A stretch of 64,000 nt of DNA from Paraphysomonas bandaiensis. Its lineage: Eukaryota; Protista; Chrysophyceae. This document shows, one piece after another, positions 50,664 to 64,000 of the stretch (position 1 is the first letter of the stretch; each line of letters opens with the position of its first letter). Under the pieces are notes generated by a model that saw only the letters and a program-made list of their open reading frames with translations, did not search any database and was not told the origin of the DNA. The translations under genes were made by a program, and so were the position numbers. The DNA is taken from NCBI GenBank assembly GCA_965644295.1, contig CBFFRP010000078.1:186001-250000 (forward strand). Direction: 5' to 3'.

Positions 50664-51389
50664 ATTAATATCTATATAATCATATACATAATGAAGTGAA
50701 GTGAATCAGATTGATGTATATATGAATATGTATATGAAGTGAAGCAAGAAGAACTTATATAAGAAGTTATTGAAGAACATACATACTGCCTGTATGTATG
50801 GATGTACAGCACAGTATACATATATATGTATGCAGACCGGTGTACATATTCATATATTTAAATCCCAACTAGCGATAGATTTCATATACATTCTGTATAC
50901 CATGTATACGGTATACTACTATTGTCTGGTTCTTGTATAATACATAGAGATATACAATGTATTCTTGCCTGTGCATGGAATATTCGACACTCCACTTCTA
51001 CATCACCTAAACTGAGGATTTCCAATGGATATTACAACTTTTCTCCAATTTTCTATACTTTCATAATATTTTCTAAATTTTCTAGTTGTGGAATCAGTTA
51101 TCAGATATAATCCCCTGTATCTGCTATAGGAGAGTATAGAGAAGTACGACACACTGCTCTTCGTACGAGATAGCATGGTATGCATATATACATACATACA
51201 TGTATGGACATACCACATCTAGCTATTCTTATTATTTAAACGAGATCATTACACTATCATATATACCATACAACGGGTATAACTATATCCTATTACATCA
51301 TCGAATAAACTCATTTACTATCTATTTCATTGTCCAACTGGCATTATATTCCAGTTAGGTTATATCCGACCAATTACTATATTAGCAAC

Positions 51390-52924
51390 ATGGCGGCACG
51401 TTTACGCCGTGGGCTTTCTATTGCCATCAATGATGCTACTGAAGATTCATTTACTGCAGATGGTAATCATTATAAACATTATTTTCGTAAGATATTAATT
51501 TTATTTTTTTAGGGGATATGTTTTTAAAAGATAATCTTATGATTGATGCTAATGGCATTGAGATGAGGAACAACCCTAAACGATTTAATATTGACTATGA
51601 TGAGCTTGATATAGGGGATACAATTGGAAGAGGATGTAGTAGTGTTGTTATTCATGGATTGCATGCTCCGACTGGTACCCCTTTGGCGTTAAAAATTATT
51701 AATATGTTTGATAAGAGCAAACGTGATCAGCTCATACGCGAAATATGCTCACTCTATGATGCACAGTGTCCTAGGTACAATCGATGTGATTTTTGCAATA
51801 TCTGTCCTCTTATCCTCTTTATGTTTCTTTTACAGTTTAATTACATTTTATGGATCGTTTTATCGCGAGGGATCCATTACTATTGCTTTGGAATTTATGG
51901 ACGGTGGATCACTCGCCAACGTTCTTGCCCAGGTTGGACCCATTCCAGAGAACGTACTGGCCAGTATTGCGTTTCAAGTAAGTTTACACATCTGTGAGTG
52001 TAAAGATGGTTGCCGTAAAACTTCTGCTAAAATGGCGGTTTTCTGTGGTTTAAGCATACTTACATTTTTATGTTCTTGTTAGATTCTTTGGGGGCTTGCG
52101 TATCTTTATCATGAGAAGAGAGTTCACAGGTATCTATTTATGCGTAGTTCACTGAGACAATATATATGCTTATATATGATTGTCGACGCTGATTACCGAA
52201 ATCCTGCTTCTTGTCTGTTTATGGTTATATTTTTAACAATTCTCTTTTTCCCAGAGATATAAAGCCATCGAACCTGCTCATAAATTCTCAAGGACAAGTT
52301 AAGGTAGGTATATCTCATGTTTAAAGTATATTGGGCAGCTGGTGTGTTTGAATTGTGTAGTAGGTTCTATTTTTTCAGCTTATTGATTGTTATGAGTAGG
52401 TGACAGACTTCGGAGTGTCGGCCGAACTGCAGAGCACGATAGAGATGTGTGGTACCTTTGTGGGTACTTTTAAGTACATGTCTCCTGAACGTATCCGGAA
52501 CCAACCATACAGCTACCAGAGTGATATCTGGAGCTTCGGACTTGTCATGATGGAGTGTGCAACCGGGAAGTACCCGTTTAGTGAGTGCTCGAACTGCATC
52601 GATATGGCCCAGACGATACTTGATTGTGAAGTACCGCCTCTATCTCGAAGAATATTCTCTGCTGAGTTCATCGACTTTGTGGGAGTGTGTTTACAAAGGG
52701 TGCGTTGTGGTACTGTTTATTGTTGTTGTTATTCATTCTTTCAATGTTGTACTACATTTGGAGTAATTTGAAATATAATTAATTGGTGACAGGACCCAAA
52801 GCATCGTCCACCTGCAGAAGTACTTCTGACAGCTCCTTGGTTGAGACTTCATGGTGTTCATTCCTACGATGATGCTGTCAATGTCGTAAACGACTGGATT
52901 GTACACGGCCTCTCCAGGAAATAA
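51390..52924 (+). CDS. MAP kinase kinase (STE7/MEK family), multi-exon
   Basis: N-terminal docking-like RLRRGLSIAI, then IGRGCSSVV, ALKII, LEFMDGGSL, HRDIKPSNLL, DFGVSAELQSTIEMCGTFVGTFKYMSPER (T-x5-T) and SDIWSFG. Stop TAA at 52922-52924. Confidence 0.92.
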
Positions 52925-54261
52925 CCAATGATATGAGATCAGTTGGTTGATATGGTGGGAAGATATCTCTCTTCGTTGCAGTATATGATGCCAGAGACAT
53001 ATAAGATATGTACATATAAGTTTTTTGATGATGCATGCACTTTATTATCGTTTGATATATAAATGCATTGATATGTATATGAATCTCGTCCTTGTGACGC
53101 AGGCTACTTTCAAAGTGTGGTAATACAGCTGGCGTCAGAAATTGTAGACGAAGGCTTACTAGTTTCTGTAATAACCATGATTATATAATTGTAATTCTGT
53201 CGTCGTCTGTTTTAAATTTCGGAGCTATTCTATTTCTTTGAGTTAGACACCATTGTGTGAATATACTCAGTGATATTTTACAGTAGATAGAATATTCGGA
53301 TCACATTATCACGAGAAATAAGTGTAGCTCTATATTTCAGGATATATGGATATATTGTTTTATTATTTGTTTTCATTTTTGTTTCTTTGAATTGCTCAAT
53401 CATAATGGGTAAAAGAGTGGTATATTATTACGCAAAAGCATTATTAGAGTCAAATGCTTCGTATTGATATATATTTTCAAATAGTCATCCAGACTCCCTT
53501 ATCTATGAAAAATTCAGAAGGAAGTAGTAGACACCAGGTCTTCATTTTGTGGTCTTCATATGAAAAAAACAGATGTACACTCCATAGTTTACAGGGGAAG
53601 ATATCACATTGATATATTTAATAAAATAGAACTATGTAATGAGTTTTGAATCAGAGATGAAACAACTAGTTTTATTGAACACAGTAAGCTTGAAGCCTTC
53701 GTCATCTTTAATCATGAGCCTCGAGTTACCTCTATATAGTCACAATCTTGAGATGCATGGTGACATCAGCCATACAAGTGGTAATCTTATGTATGCACCT
53801 TTTGTACATGTATATCTACTTCAAACAATACTGTATTATAAGTAAAACATGATATCCTCATAATCTATTGCATATATTCTATATCAGTGATATATAACTC
53901 AGTGGGACTGCATCAGATACTGCCTATATGTCCAGTAACTGGCAAGTAGGTCATTTTACAGAGCAGTGTACAGCAGAGTGTACAATATCTACCATTTATA
54001 GTAGAAAAGTGAAAATATGCCTGATTTTGACACTGAAAACTTGGATAAATTCTCTGTGCCACTCTGTAGAAAGTAAAAAGTCAATAGGTTTAAAAAATCC
54101 AGTTTTTTTGTTGTTGTATGTTGTTTTTCAGATTGCACAAACAACAAAAAAGCCTGAATTTGTTTTGCCATATTCCCATAAACACACTTCCGTTGTACGT
54201 TTTTTACACTGAAAAATCTATAGAGACTTGAGAGTCTATATATACATACGTAGAGGTAGGT

Positions 54262-54312
54262 GTATGTATGTATGTATGTATGTATGTATGTATGTATGTA
54301 TGTATGTATGTA
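54262..54312. repeat. (GTAT)n microsatellite upstream of the second MAP2K gene
   Basis: Directly visible in the sequence. Confidence 0.95.
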
Positions 54313-54518
54313 CTGGTGTCAGTTATGTATGATATGCTGCGTATATATACATAGAGTCATATGAGACACTCTATTAACAAGAACATCTATAAAGAAACAT
54401 TAAAACTCATATAAATATATCAAAGAAACACAATAAAAACAATGAAAATAATAACTCTTTCATCACTATCATATATATGACAGTATAATAATATATATAT
54501 CTATATATATATACTCAT

Positions 54519-56688
54519 ATGGGTGCTACTGTATCTGTAGTAGATAATCATACATATTATATCAATAATCATATAAATAATGATATAATAGAAGAATTTA
54601 TACATGATCGTATTCTATCTGTATCACAAAAAATGATTAAAAGTAAAAGTGCCCCATATAAACCTGATAAAAATATATATCAAAATGGGACAGTGAAAGA
54701 AACTGTTAGTTTAAAAAATTTAGCTACACGACATCATTCTCGTCAAAGAAATACATATGTTGATTCAACATCTATATGTTATATGGGAAAAAGTGGATAT
54801 TCTCTTAAATTACAGACACCATATGAACCGAATAATACTTCCTTACATGCAATTTCAGAGAAGCCACAGAAAAAAACGAAACCTACTTTAAGGTTACAAA
54901 TTAATGACGATGAAGACTGGATTCAAGTATATATTATGTTTCTTTTGAATTGAATTTACAGTTGATGTAGGTCTCAGATGACGAGCTGGATGCCACTCTA
55001 TCACCACACAATTTTAAGGGGGTTTCATTGGGAAGCCCGGACATGGTGCTGGAGCAGTCGTACATGGCGACCCAGTCCGGTGAGTGTGTTTGTTACATGC
55101 GTGTTTATTTTAGTGGTCTTGCAGGAACGCTGTTCGTTAAGGGCTTCTGTGAAGGTATTGGGATGTATGGGCTTTCGTCAGACGTACCTTCAGTTCAGTT
55201 GACCATGCGAGAGCGGTTCGTTGTTCTGTGCACACTAGGGAAGGGAGCTGGTGGGGTAGTCTACAAGGCTCTTGATATTGTAGATAATAGACTCGTAGCG
55301 CTCAAGATGGTACCACTCTTTGAAAGGTGTGATGCGGTGTTGGATAAGCACGTCTTTATGCATTTTGTGCCTATATTAGTATATGTATAGCGGTGCCAGT
55401 GTAACAATGAAGTTTTGTAGGGATAAACGACACCAATTTGTAAGAGAGCTTTGTACATTGTTTGGGCTGCTACGTGCCAAAGAACAGGAGTACCAGAGTA
55501 CAACTGACAGCTCTCGGATCAACCTTTTGAGTGCAGTCAAGTCCACCGCAAGTGGTGTTGTCAAGCCTGATTCACTATGCGAGAAGATTTCTCCTTCGGG
55601 TTCGGAGCCATTGTATCCACATCACTATATAGTTGACTTTTACGACGCATACAGGTGGGGATAATTTGGCAATTAGGATAGTTCACTATTTAAATTTGTT
55701 TTTCAGTGATATGGAGGAGGGTGGTGTTGGGCTTGTGATGGAGTACATGGACGGTGGGTCCCTACAAGATGTTGTTGAGAGTGGGGGATGCCGGAGTGAA
55801 ACCGTCCTTGCCAACATAGCTCTGCAGGTGCTTGTAGGCTTAGAATTTTTGCATAGTTGCAATCAGATTCACCGCGGTATGTTTTTGTGGGGCTTTATTT
55901 CCATGCTAAAGTTAATACTAACAGATATCAAACCTGCAAATCTTTTGATAAATCAAAATGGTGAAGCTAAAATCTCAGACCTAGGAATCCTTCGCCAGTT
56001 GTGTCCTGAAGAGATTACTGATAAAATGCACCGCGCGAACACCTTTGTTGGCACAACGGTATATATGTCACCTGAACGCATGGAGGGCATTGAATACAGC
56101 TACTCCAGCGACATTTGGTCGTTTGGACTGTCACTTCTAGCAATTGCTACTGGCGAGCTCCCGATCGACTTAGGGCGAGACTTTTTTCAACTGCTTCACA
56201 CTATCCGTGACGGCCCCGGCATTAATTTGCCGCCAACGGAGGATTGGAGCGGGGAATTCAGGCACTTTATATCTCAGTGCCTCCAACCTGACCCAGATCA
56301 GCGTGCAACAGCGACAGAACTTCTGAAACACCCCTTCATACTTCTCGCTTGTCCCGAGGAACCTGAATATAATCAGAAAGTATTGAAGTCGGAATTACAG
56401 TCTATTATTCACTCCTTATGCTCACATTTAGAAGCCTTGCGCTTAGAGTCTATTGAGGTGTTATCCCGATGTGGGAGCTCTCAGGATCAGAAACATGAAG
56501 ATGTAGAAACTAAATCGGTTTCAGAGATAGCGCGTGAAGTATTACTTGGTGTGGACACAAAAGATACGAGCGGCTCGGTACGATTGAATCAATTAGCCCA
56601 TCAGTTACACCTTACACCAAATGTAGCCTATGAGATAGTTAATGATAGTTTGACCACGTATAGGTCAACTAAACATGTAGAATCGTAG
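54519..56688 (+). CDS. Divergent MAP2K-like kinase with a long N-terminal extension, multi-exon
   Basis: LGKGAGGVVYKA, VALKMV, RHQFVREL, MEYMDGGSL, spliced IHRDIKPANLL, DLGILRQL..NTFVGTTVYMSPER and SDIWSFG. Starts MGATVS. Confidence 0.85.
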
Positions 56689-58300
56689 CTTTCTGTGCAA
56701 TTTGGCAGTGTGGCTTTTAGGCGCACGAATGTAAATATAACCATAGAGTGGATGTATACAATGCTTCAGATATCAGAAATGTGACAGAAGGTAATTGACT
56801 AGATAAATGACACCAAACAAGAAAGCAAGCTATGTAGATATAAACTACAGGCCACAAGTGTGAGCGTGAAATGAGTAAACGTAAACACTCTTCATACTCC
56901 TAAGGTCATGTATATAATACTTGCGCGAGGAACCAGTACCTGAATGAACATGACTCAGCCGTAATCTTGTAGTGCGTGTCTGTACTCAACGTATCTATCC
57001 TATACAACACAGATTAGAGTTTCTTCGGGATATAAAGGAAAAACTATATCCTATATCTCAAAAACTCTTAACTTCATATATTATAGTATATATCAAATAC
57101 CAGTAACACCTCATGAATGCCATTCCATTAATGGGTGCCCAGTTCCCGGAAATTATAATAATACCATCAATGATTAATGGCTCACTACTAATTATAAGGC
57201 TAATAGTATATCGTCCTGCACTCAATTTTTAAGCGAGGCGAAGAGCTCGAGACTAGGGGCGATCAATGGGGTCTATACATACAACATGATCAATGGGAAA
57301 GGCAATTGTACTAGATTGACTAAACACAATAAATCTCAAAATTTCTAAAATAGCTACAGCAACCAATGTACCCCTACTACCAAAAGGTAGTGAGGTATTG
57401 AAATTTGTACATAAGTATTATGATGAATGTGAAAAATTGTAGTCATCCGAGATTTCTTGTTGTCATTTTGGCGTCATCACATTTATGTACATCAAGCTTT
57501 ACATTTATGTAAATCACAGTGCGCATTTGTGAATAATATGAGGCACATAATCCTGACAAGCACGACGTGAACCAAACCTTGAAGGGATTGGGTGTCCCTG
57601 CCCGTTATCGCCTTAGTGTACAGCATCAGATGTGCCATTTGAATTCTCCAGCAAATTTCTTGACGTATTGTTTCGAAGTCCAGGTTAAGAAGATATATAC
57701 ATCATATATCACTATCATTTAGCTTACATGATAGTTACGTCCACCTCTCCACACCCCAAACGGCAGTAACATGTATAGATTGCGTATAAATGATAAACAG
57801 TTTCTGAAGAATTAGGAGTATGGAAACTTAAGTAGTCAGCCTACAAAGAAAGCGAGGAGACATTTGACAATTAATGAATATGCCTCGACAACTATAATGG
57901 TCATTAATGCTAGATAATAAATATTGACAGTGTATAAGATCGTGCCTATCTAAGATCGTATATGAATGATAAGTGAGATTCATCATAATTTATAATATAA
58001 GCATTGAGTACACTGTAGATACGCAATGCTGCAATAATTAGTGGTAACAATCACGAGACATATTATATGTATCACGAATAAGCTAGTATACGACTAAATT
58101 CCTAAATGTATAACTCTGTACTCTGAGTACCCTTTGGGGTGTACCACCACACAGTTTCATAATATTATTCATAGAAAATATAAACATTATGTGATACTAA
58201 TAGCAATATTTTTCCCCAGCAGAGCATTTAATCTTCAGCGTTAATTAAATTGTGTTGAAACTACAACTCAACATGATAAACTTGCTACAACGTCAGATGG

Positions 58301-60257
58301 CTATGGAAGAAGTAAGTACGAGACCATTATGCGGTCGTCAGTAGTCGCCAGAACTGTCAAGACATGTTCTCCTACAGGCAGTTGATCATCAATGTCAACA
58401 CATAGCCAAGATTGGGAGTCTTTGGGATGTTTCTGCGTATAAGTCAACCTCCTTGCAGTTTCCTTCTTGAACGAAAACGAGTCCTTATCTTTGACATTTT
58501 CAGTCAGATAAAGTTCAGTATCACATTCCCAGAAATTCTTAAACCCCTTCGGAACTTTACCCCAATTTCCTGGTGGTTGGCAAATAAATGAATTTCCTGG
58601 CGCTGTGACCTTCGCTGAAAGGGAAAGCGGACCACTTTCTTTGTTACCGTACAACATGTATTTGAAATCGCGATACCCTTGAGATTTTGCTTTCTTGATG
58701 ATATTAGGGTCGGTGAGCATCTCAAATATGGCCAACTCAAACCCCTTTGACCCATCATTGTTGCGTAAAACCAAACTCTCTAGAGAAAAGTCATCATTAG
58801 CCCGAGGCTGAAAAGATGTGTAACACTGTACACCGTTATACGGGGACGGATATATTGGTGCGGGAGGAATGTGATGAACCTCGGCTTTGATGTGTTTTTC
58901 GACCAGCGCCTGAAACCCTTCCAGATTTTGATCCGAGTGCGAGAGAATTGTGTTGATGGCGTCTTTGAATATAAGCAACCAAAAAAATGAAAAATGAGCT
59001 GCGCGTAGTTCATGTCCCAGTTTACTAGGGTGCCAGGGTGCAGAACAACACCCCCAGTCTGGGATATAAGGGCCATGACACTTATATTCTTCGTAATGCC
59101 CATGATTCCAGACCTTGACACAAACTTAACTTTAATTCATATTATAGAATAAATATAATACTATATTTAATATACATACATTAACTATTTCATAGGACCA
59201 TGTATATTGTCAATGGAATCACATAAGTAGATAACATGGAATACATATTATCCATCTTATACATTGCACATACCTGAATTCCAGCCCCTCTATACTTATC
59301 AATAACATCTACTAGTACGTTCCAATGTTGTCTAACAGCACCTTTGTTGACCTCAGCCGCTATATCCTATAAATATACAATGATAAACTCGGAAAAGGTG
59401 CAAAAGTAAACTGGGAGCATTATATAAATACAATAGCACAATATATTAGAAATATAACAAACCAACATGTGCTATCGGGCGGTAAGTGTGCTGCGATTTA
59501 CATACCTTTGGCACAGTCTGTAGCAATTTGAAACTAAATTTATCTTCATCTGTTACCTTCACTGGCTTCTTCTCTTTGCATTTGTCTTCACGCCAATTAG
59601 GCATAAAAGAATTTGAAAAAACTACAACGGGACGAGATTTTAATTTCATTGCTTGGCGAACAAACTGTTCAAAGAGGTCTTTCTTTCGGAAGTCTCCGGC
59701 ATCGCAATTGAAACTCTGTTCCCAATGGACGATATCCGCATCAGAACCCGCAAAAGCATTAACACATAAATCATAGGGTAAGCACGGATTATTGCCAAGT
59801 GCAACATTGCGTGAGTTGATTTTAATATTCACTGCTTCAAATGCAGGAGCCATTAATCGACCAGTACGTTCAGTAAATGTAAGATTGAATGGTGTATCAT
59901 GTCCAGCAGTAACAGAGGATCCCATCCAACTAATTACCAATTCATTATTGTTATTCTTCAATAATCCTTGAAGTATTTTACTTTGAAATTTTACTCTATT
60001 TATATCACATTCTTCTATTAATACAATCTATAGATAGATAAAGGGACATACCTGAGAGTGTCCCAACTGGAATGAGGCATAGCAACACTTTTTAAAAATT
60101 TTGGATAGTCTTGAATTTTCCATCTATTTGATATCATATCAATCGTTTGATCAGTCATATCTAATGCATGTTGTAACTGATTAATAATATGATGATCAGT
60201 TGCTATGATAACATAATTAAATATTAATATATATAATAGTGTATATATAGATATCAT
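58301..60257 (-). CDS. Secreted or membrane-anchored SGNH/GDSL-hydrolase-like protein, multi-exon
   Basis: Hydrophobic N-terminus MISIYTLLYILIFNYVIIA; block I WMGSSVTAGHD; block II RNVALGNN; block III DIVHWEQSFN; block V SAPWHPSKLGHELRA, read in frame with the 58301-58978 ORF. Confidence 0.75.
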
Positions 60258-60478
60258 GAAGATGAATAGATAGATATATATACAGGTGGAATATAAGAGT
60301 AGAGTGTATTGAGATCAATGGATTGTATGAGATTACAGGGGTATGGATATGAATGATTTGTAATAGAGATTAATGTGATATCATAAGGGTGATTAGGGTG
60401 ATATCTCTGTAATCGTGAATATGGTGGCTTATATGCAACAAGTTTTGTGACAAGTGGTAGGAATTATAGGCATATATA

Positions 60479-60616
60479 CGTATCGGCATTTTTCGGAAAT
60501 AAATTGAAACAGAAAATTCTATATATTACTGCAATGCAATTACGGATGGAATACAGATAATTATTGTCTCAATATTAGAGGCATCTTTGAACAAAAATAT
60601 ATAGGATGCCGATATG
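60479..60616. mobile_element. ~145-bp short-TIR element copy, flanked by TA
   Basis: TA|CGTATCGGCA...GTCTCAATATTAGAGGCATCTTTGAACAAAAATAT...TGCCGATATG|TA. Confidence 0.8.
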
Positions 60617-60815
60617 TATATATATATACAGTATGTATATGTGTGTATATGGATGTGTGTGTATACGTATACTCTATGTTGCATATGTGTATGTCGTATG
60701 TCTGTCTGTACAGTGGTATATGGTATATGTAGATGTGTACACACTGCTGTATATATAGTATATGGTATACCTCTGGTTCTATACAGCAGCACCAGCAGCA
60801 GTGCAAATCTCTATA

Positions 60816-60939
60816 CGGGAATAAATTGAAGCAAAATTCTTCTATATAGCTACAATACAACTACGGCTGGTATACAGATAATTATTGTCTCAATATTAGA
60901 GGCATTTTTCAACAAAAATATACAAAGGATGCTGATACG
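60816..60939. mobile_element. 5'-truncated copy of the ~145-bp element
   Basis: CGGGAATAAATTGAAGC...GTCTCAATATTAGAGGCAT...GGATGCTGATACG. Confidence 0.75.
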
Positions 60940-61137
60940 CTTGTTAATATCATCCATCACACAACTGTATCCATAACAAACACTCTCTCTATATATACGG
61001 ATTACAGATCTTAATAATTCACATTACAAGTCTTCTATATACCACACTCTTAAGTATACTCTACACTGTCTACTGCTCCACTGTACATACATATGAGGGT
61101 TACTACACTCTATAATATACATACACATACAAAGCCA

Positions 61138-61169
<32 letters not shown>

Positions 61170-62497
61170 CATGACTAGAGTGTATATATAGAGAGTATAG
61201 CAGATCACATTACTTTGTTTTTCTCAACTAATCTTCATTAGGGACTCCTGTTGAGTGTATGTATCACTTTACAGTCAATTGAATACTACTATATAGAAGC
61301 TTATATCGATGTGTATTATGTAACTGCAATGCGAAATAGAAGACGGAAGGTAGTTTCCGACGTAGCAGATTTTATATACAATGTGCTGTATATACATGTT
61401 GGCTGGTTGTAAAGGTGCATTATTTCTATTGAGTTCATGCTGTGAGAATTTCCAGTATATATAAATAGTAACTTTGTGTTACGGTTAATCCCCTTCTTGA
61501 GGCAAAACCTCTCAACCTATCAACTTGATTTGGTTAAGGGTATCACTGACCCCTTCAACAACAGTCCTCTTCAGCAGATTCAGACTGAGGATCACATTGG
61601 ACCGACATGGAGACTGCTGAATGACATTGATAAGTCGATCTTATATGCCCAAACCAATTGGTGTAACAAATATATGCAGTGTCACTGTAAATAGTTATCA
61701 GTATACCACGCTTAGGGCTAAAGTAGAAACTACACGAGGCAATGACACTAAAGATGAATCGTCGAAAATAATGAAATGGACGGAATGGAACAAAGAATCA
61801 CACTCCTCGCCCACACTCCTCGCCCACGTTTGATGATATATTTGTGCTTTGGTAGTACCTCTCGTGGATTGTCAAAGTATGTTGATGAATATAATATGAA
61901 TTTGTGAAAGCAGATAGTGTGGAGAAAGTTATAGTATTTCAGGGTTAAGGGTTAAGATAGTGACCCTAATGTACTATTGTACTATTCCATAATAATTTTT
62001 TGGTTTTTAAGGAAAAGGTGATAACTTGTATATTGAAAGAAATGCTTTGTTTCATATTGCAACTTTGATTACAAATTAATCCATTCTACACATCAAGCAA
62101 TAGAAGTTCGGTATTCTGTATTCTCACTTAGAATACTTCAATAATCATCATATAAGGGATTATAGCATTAATAAATACTTCGATATCAACTTTAGCCATT
62201 TAGTATGAAAAAAATATCATAATTTAAGTGGGCATTGTTACATAACTAAACTACCATGAAGCAGATTTACTATTTCCGACAGGTTGCATTATATCTTATG
62301 TCTTATCTTGACTTCTACTTCCATGAATCAGTTTCATGAAATTAGTCACAAAATATTTCTCTTCTTATATAGTTAGTATTTAGTATAACACACAGTGTTC
62401 AAAATATACCACGGGGAATGGTGCTAATAAATAAGAATAACAAAATACTGGCCTAGAATTGCGCATTTCATCTAACTAGCAAATACAAAGCATGTAG

Positions 62498-64000
62498 TTA
62501 ATATCTCAGATCAATGTCAACAACAGGAATATCATCATCTTCATCGTCCTGCTCATATGAGTACTGCTGCTCTTCCTCACCATATTCATCATCACCATCT
62601 TCTGATATTCCTTGGCTTGGTGTTCTCATCAGAGAAGGGTTTTGATTATTACCTTGTATTCCTGCGTTCGACACGCTACTGTGAGACCTTAACATGCGAT
62701 TTTCTGGCAATTTATCGTCATGTACACTCATGCTAGAAGCTTGACGACGAAAAGGTATAGAACTACCACCCATAGTAGCATTACCGGAGCTGTTGGTAGA
62801 AGTACCATTAGTAACATGTGTACTACTGTTGTCATATACTTTGCTATAATACGGGTCGTAAGCATCATCGTAATAGTTGTTGCCTTCATACCCATGTGGA
62901 GGCGACTGGGATTGCGAGAAGTGATTTTGATGTGGTGTTTTCAAATTCCGTTGTTTTCGCAGTGAAGTGGTGAAATCGTCATTATCTGAAGTTGCCCTAA
63001 GTATACGACATTAAACGTAATAGGTTCCATAAATATGTAACCATAGAGCGAGTATAGGGACCAAACTATACAATCTGCAGTGCATGAAGCGACCTAGATG
63101 CCTACATAGCAGGTACTGTATATCGCTACACCAGCGCTACCTTCTCATTATTTCAGAAAATGTTGGGCCTGCGAAAGACTTCTCCGTTGAAGGGACACCT
63201 GTCCGTCCTACAAAATTATACCTCAGTTCATGTTGCTACAGAAAGCATGGCGGAATCACCACTACAGGTCGTACCGTTGCGTTGAGAGACTCTATTGAAT
63301 GATTCATTAATCGCCTATTCATTAAAGGCGATAGATTAGAACAGACTAGAATAAAATACAATTTCACCTTTTTCGCACTCAGTTTTTGCTTGTTATTCGG
63401 AGAAGCTTTGAGCGCGTTTAACTTCTTGTTGAGCGAGGCTACATGATCTAATAGATAAAGAGGTTAAATATATAAGAATATCAATACAGTAGACAACAAA
63501 AAAGCCAATATAAAAAGACAAATATTCCTATTCATCTTCATTGTTGTGCAAATACAAGCCTCAAATACACATACTTCGTAGTTTAGCTATGACGTCATCA
63601 GATCTATCCTTTTGATCAACTAATCTCTCTTCCAATTCTCGTTTTTCTAGTATCAGTTGTTTGTTAGTTGCCTTCAAACGTGAAATTTCTTCACTTAATT
63701 GCTGAACATGATTCTCTAACTCGATTCTTACATCTGGCCTCTCAAATTTAGGTGCTAATGTTGCAATATTAGGCTATATATACAGTATATATACAGTTAG
63801 TAGTTTAATGTATAATAAAATATATAATATTACTTTAGTTGACATATATGCTGATGATATATCACTTGATTGATGTCCATATGAGGATCTCTTATGACTA
63901 CTCTGATGGGATTCATTCTCTGATCTTGAGGGTATATCAGGTTGTTTAGAGGCTTGACCACCTCTAATCTTCATTAGAAGTGAATGTGGATCAAATGAGT
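62498..64000 (-). CDS. 3' part of a multi-exon coiled-coil/low-complexity protein (runs off the window end)
   Basis: Minus-strand exons, including VRIELENHVQQLSEEISRLKATNKQLILEKRELEERL (heptad-like) and the acidic terminal ORF 62498-62944, are separated by short GT-AG introns. Confidence 0.6.

Noticed and set aside
61938-61972. AGGGTTAAGGGTTAAG telomere-like motif
   Set aside because: Only two imperfect units, compatible with chance.
1-64000. tRNA or rRNA genes
   Set aside because: No cloverleaf or rRNA-conserved segment was noticed by eye; a tRNAscan-SE or Infernal scan would be needed to exclude them.

Overview
This is a gene-dense eukaryotic window with short GT-AG introns, most consistent with a stramenopile/ochrophyte-like protist (inferred from gene content, not proven). 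Genes in order: the 3' end of a hypothetical CDS, the PP2A scaffold (A) subunit, two tandem methionine aminopeptidase 1 paralogs, a 5'-truncated and a full-length membrane-integral pyrophosphatase (produced by a 3.8-kb tandem duplication), a hypothetical gene, an intronless ABC-F ATPase, a PX-domain AGC kinase, a small membrane protein, a ~9.7-kb NBAS/Sec39-like gene with an internal UBA domain, a PH-domain protein with proline-rich repeats, two adjacent MAP2K-type kinases, an SGNH-hydrolase-like gene and a partial coiled-coil gene. Intergenic DNA carries a PIF/Harbinger transposase relic, a CACTA MITE, a TA-flanked MITE, six copies of a ~145-bp short-TIR element and microsatellites. Three observations stand out. 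(1) The membrane PPase combines the K+-dependent GNTTAA motif with [11 protein letters not shown], the signature of prokaryotic Na+-pumping rather than plant-type H+-pumping PPases. (2) A nested duplication hotspot at 10-23 kb produced a MetAP1 paralog with substitutions clustered around the substrate pocket and a catalytically incomplete PPase half-copy. (3) Gene 5' ends share a recurrent AT/ApT-rich, (CATA)n-rich signature. All exon structures and counts were read by eye; no searches were run.
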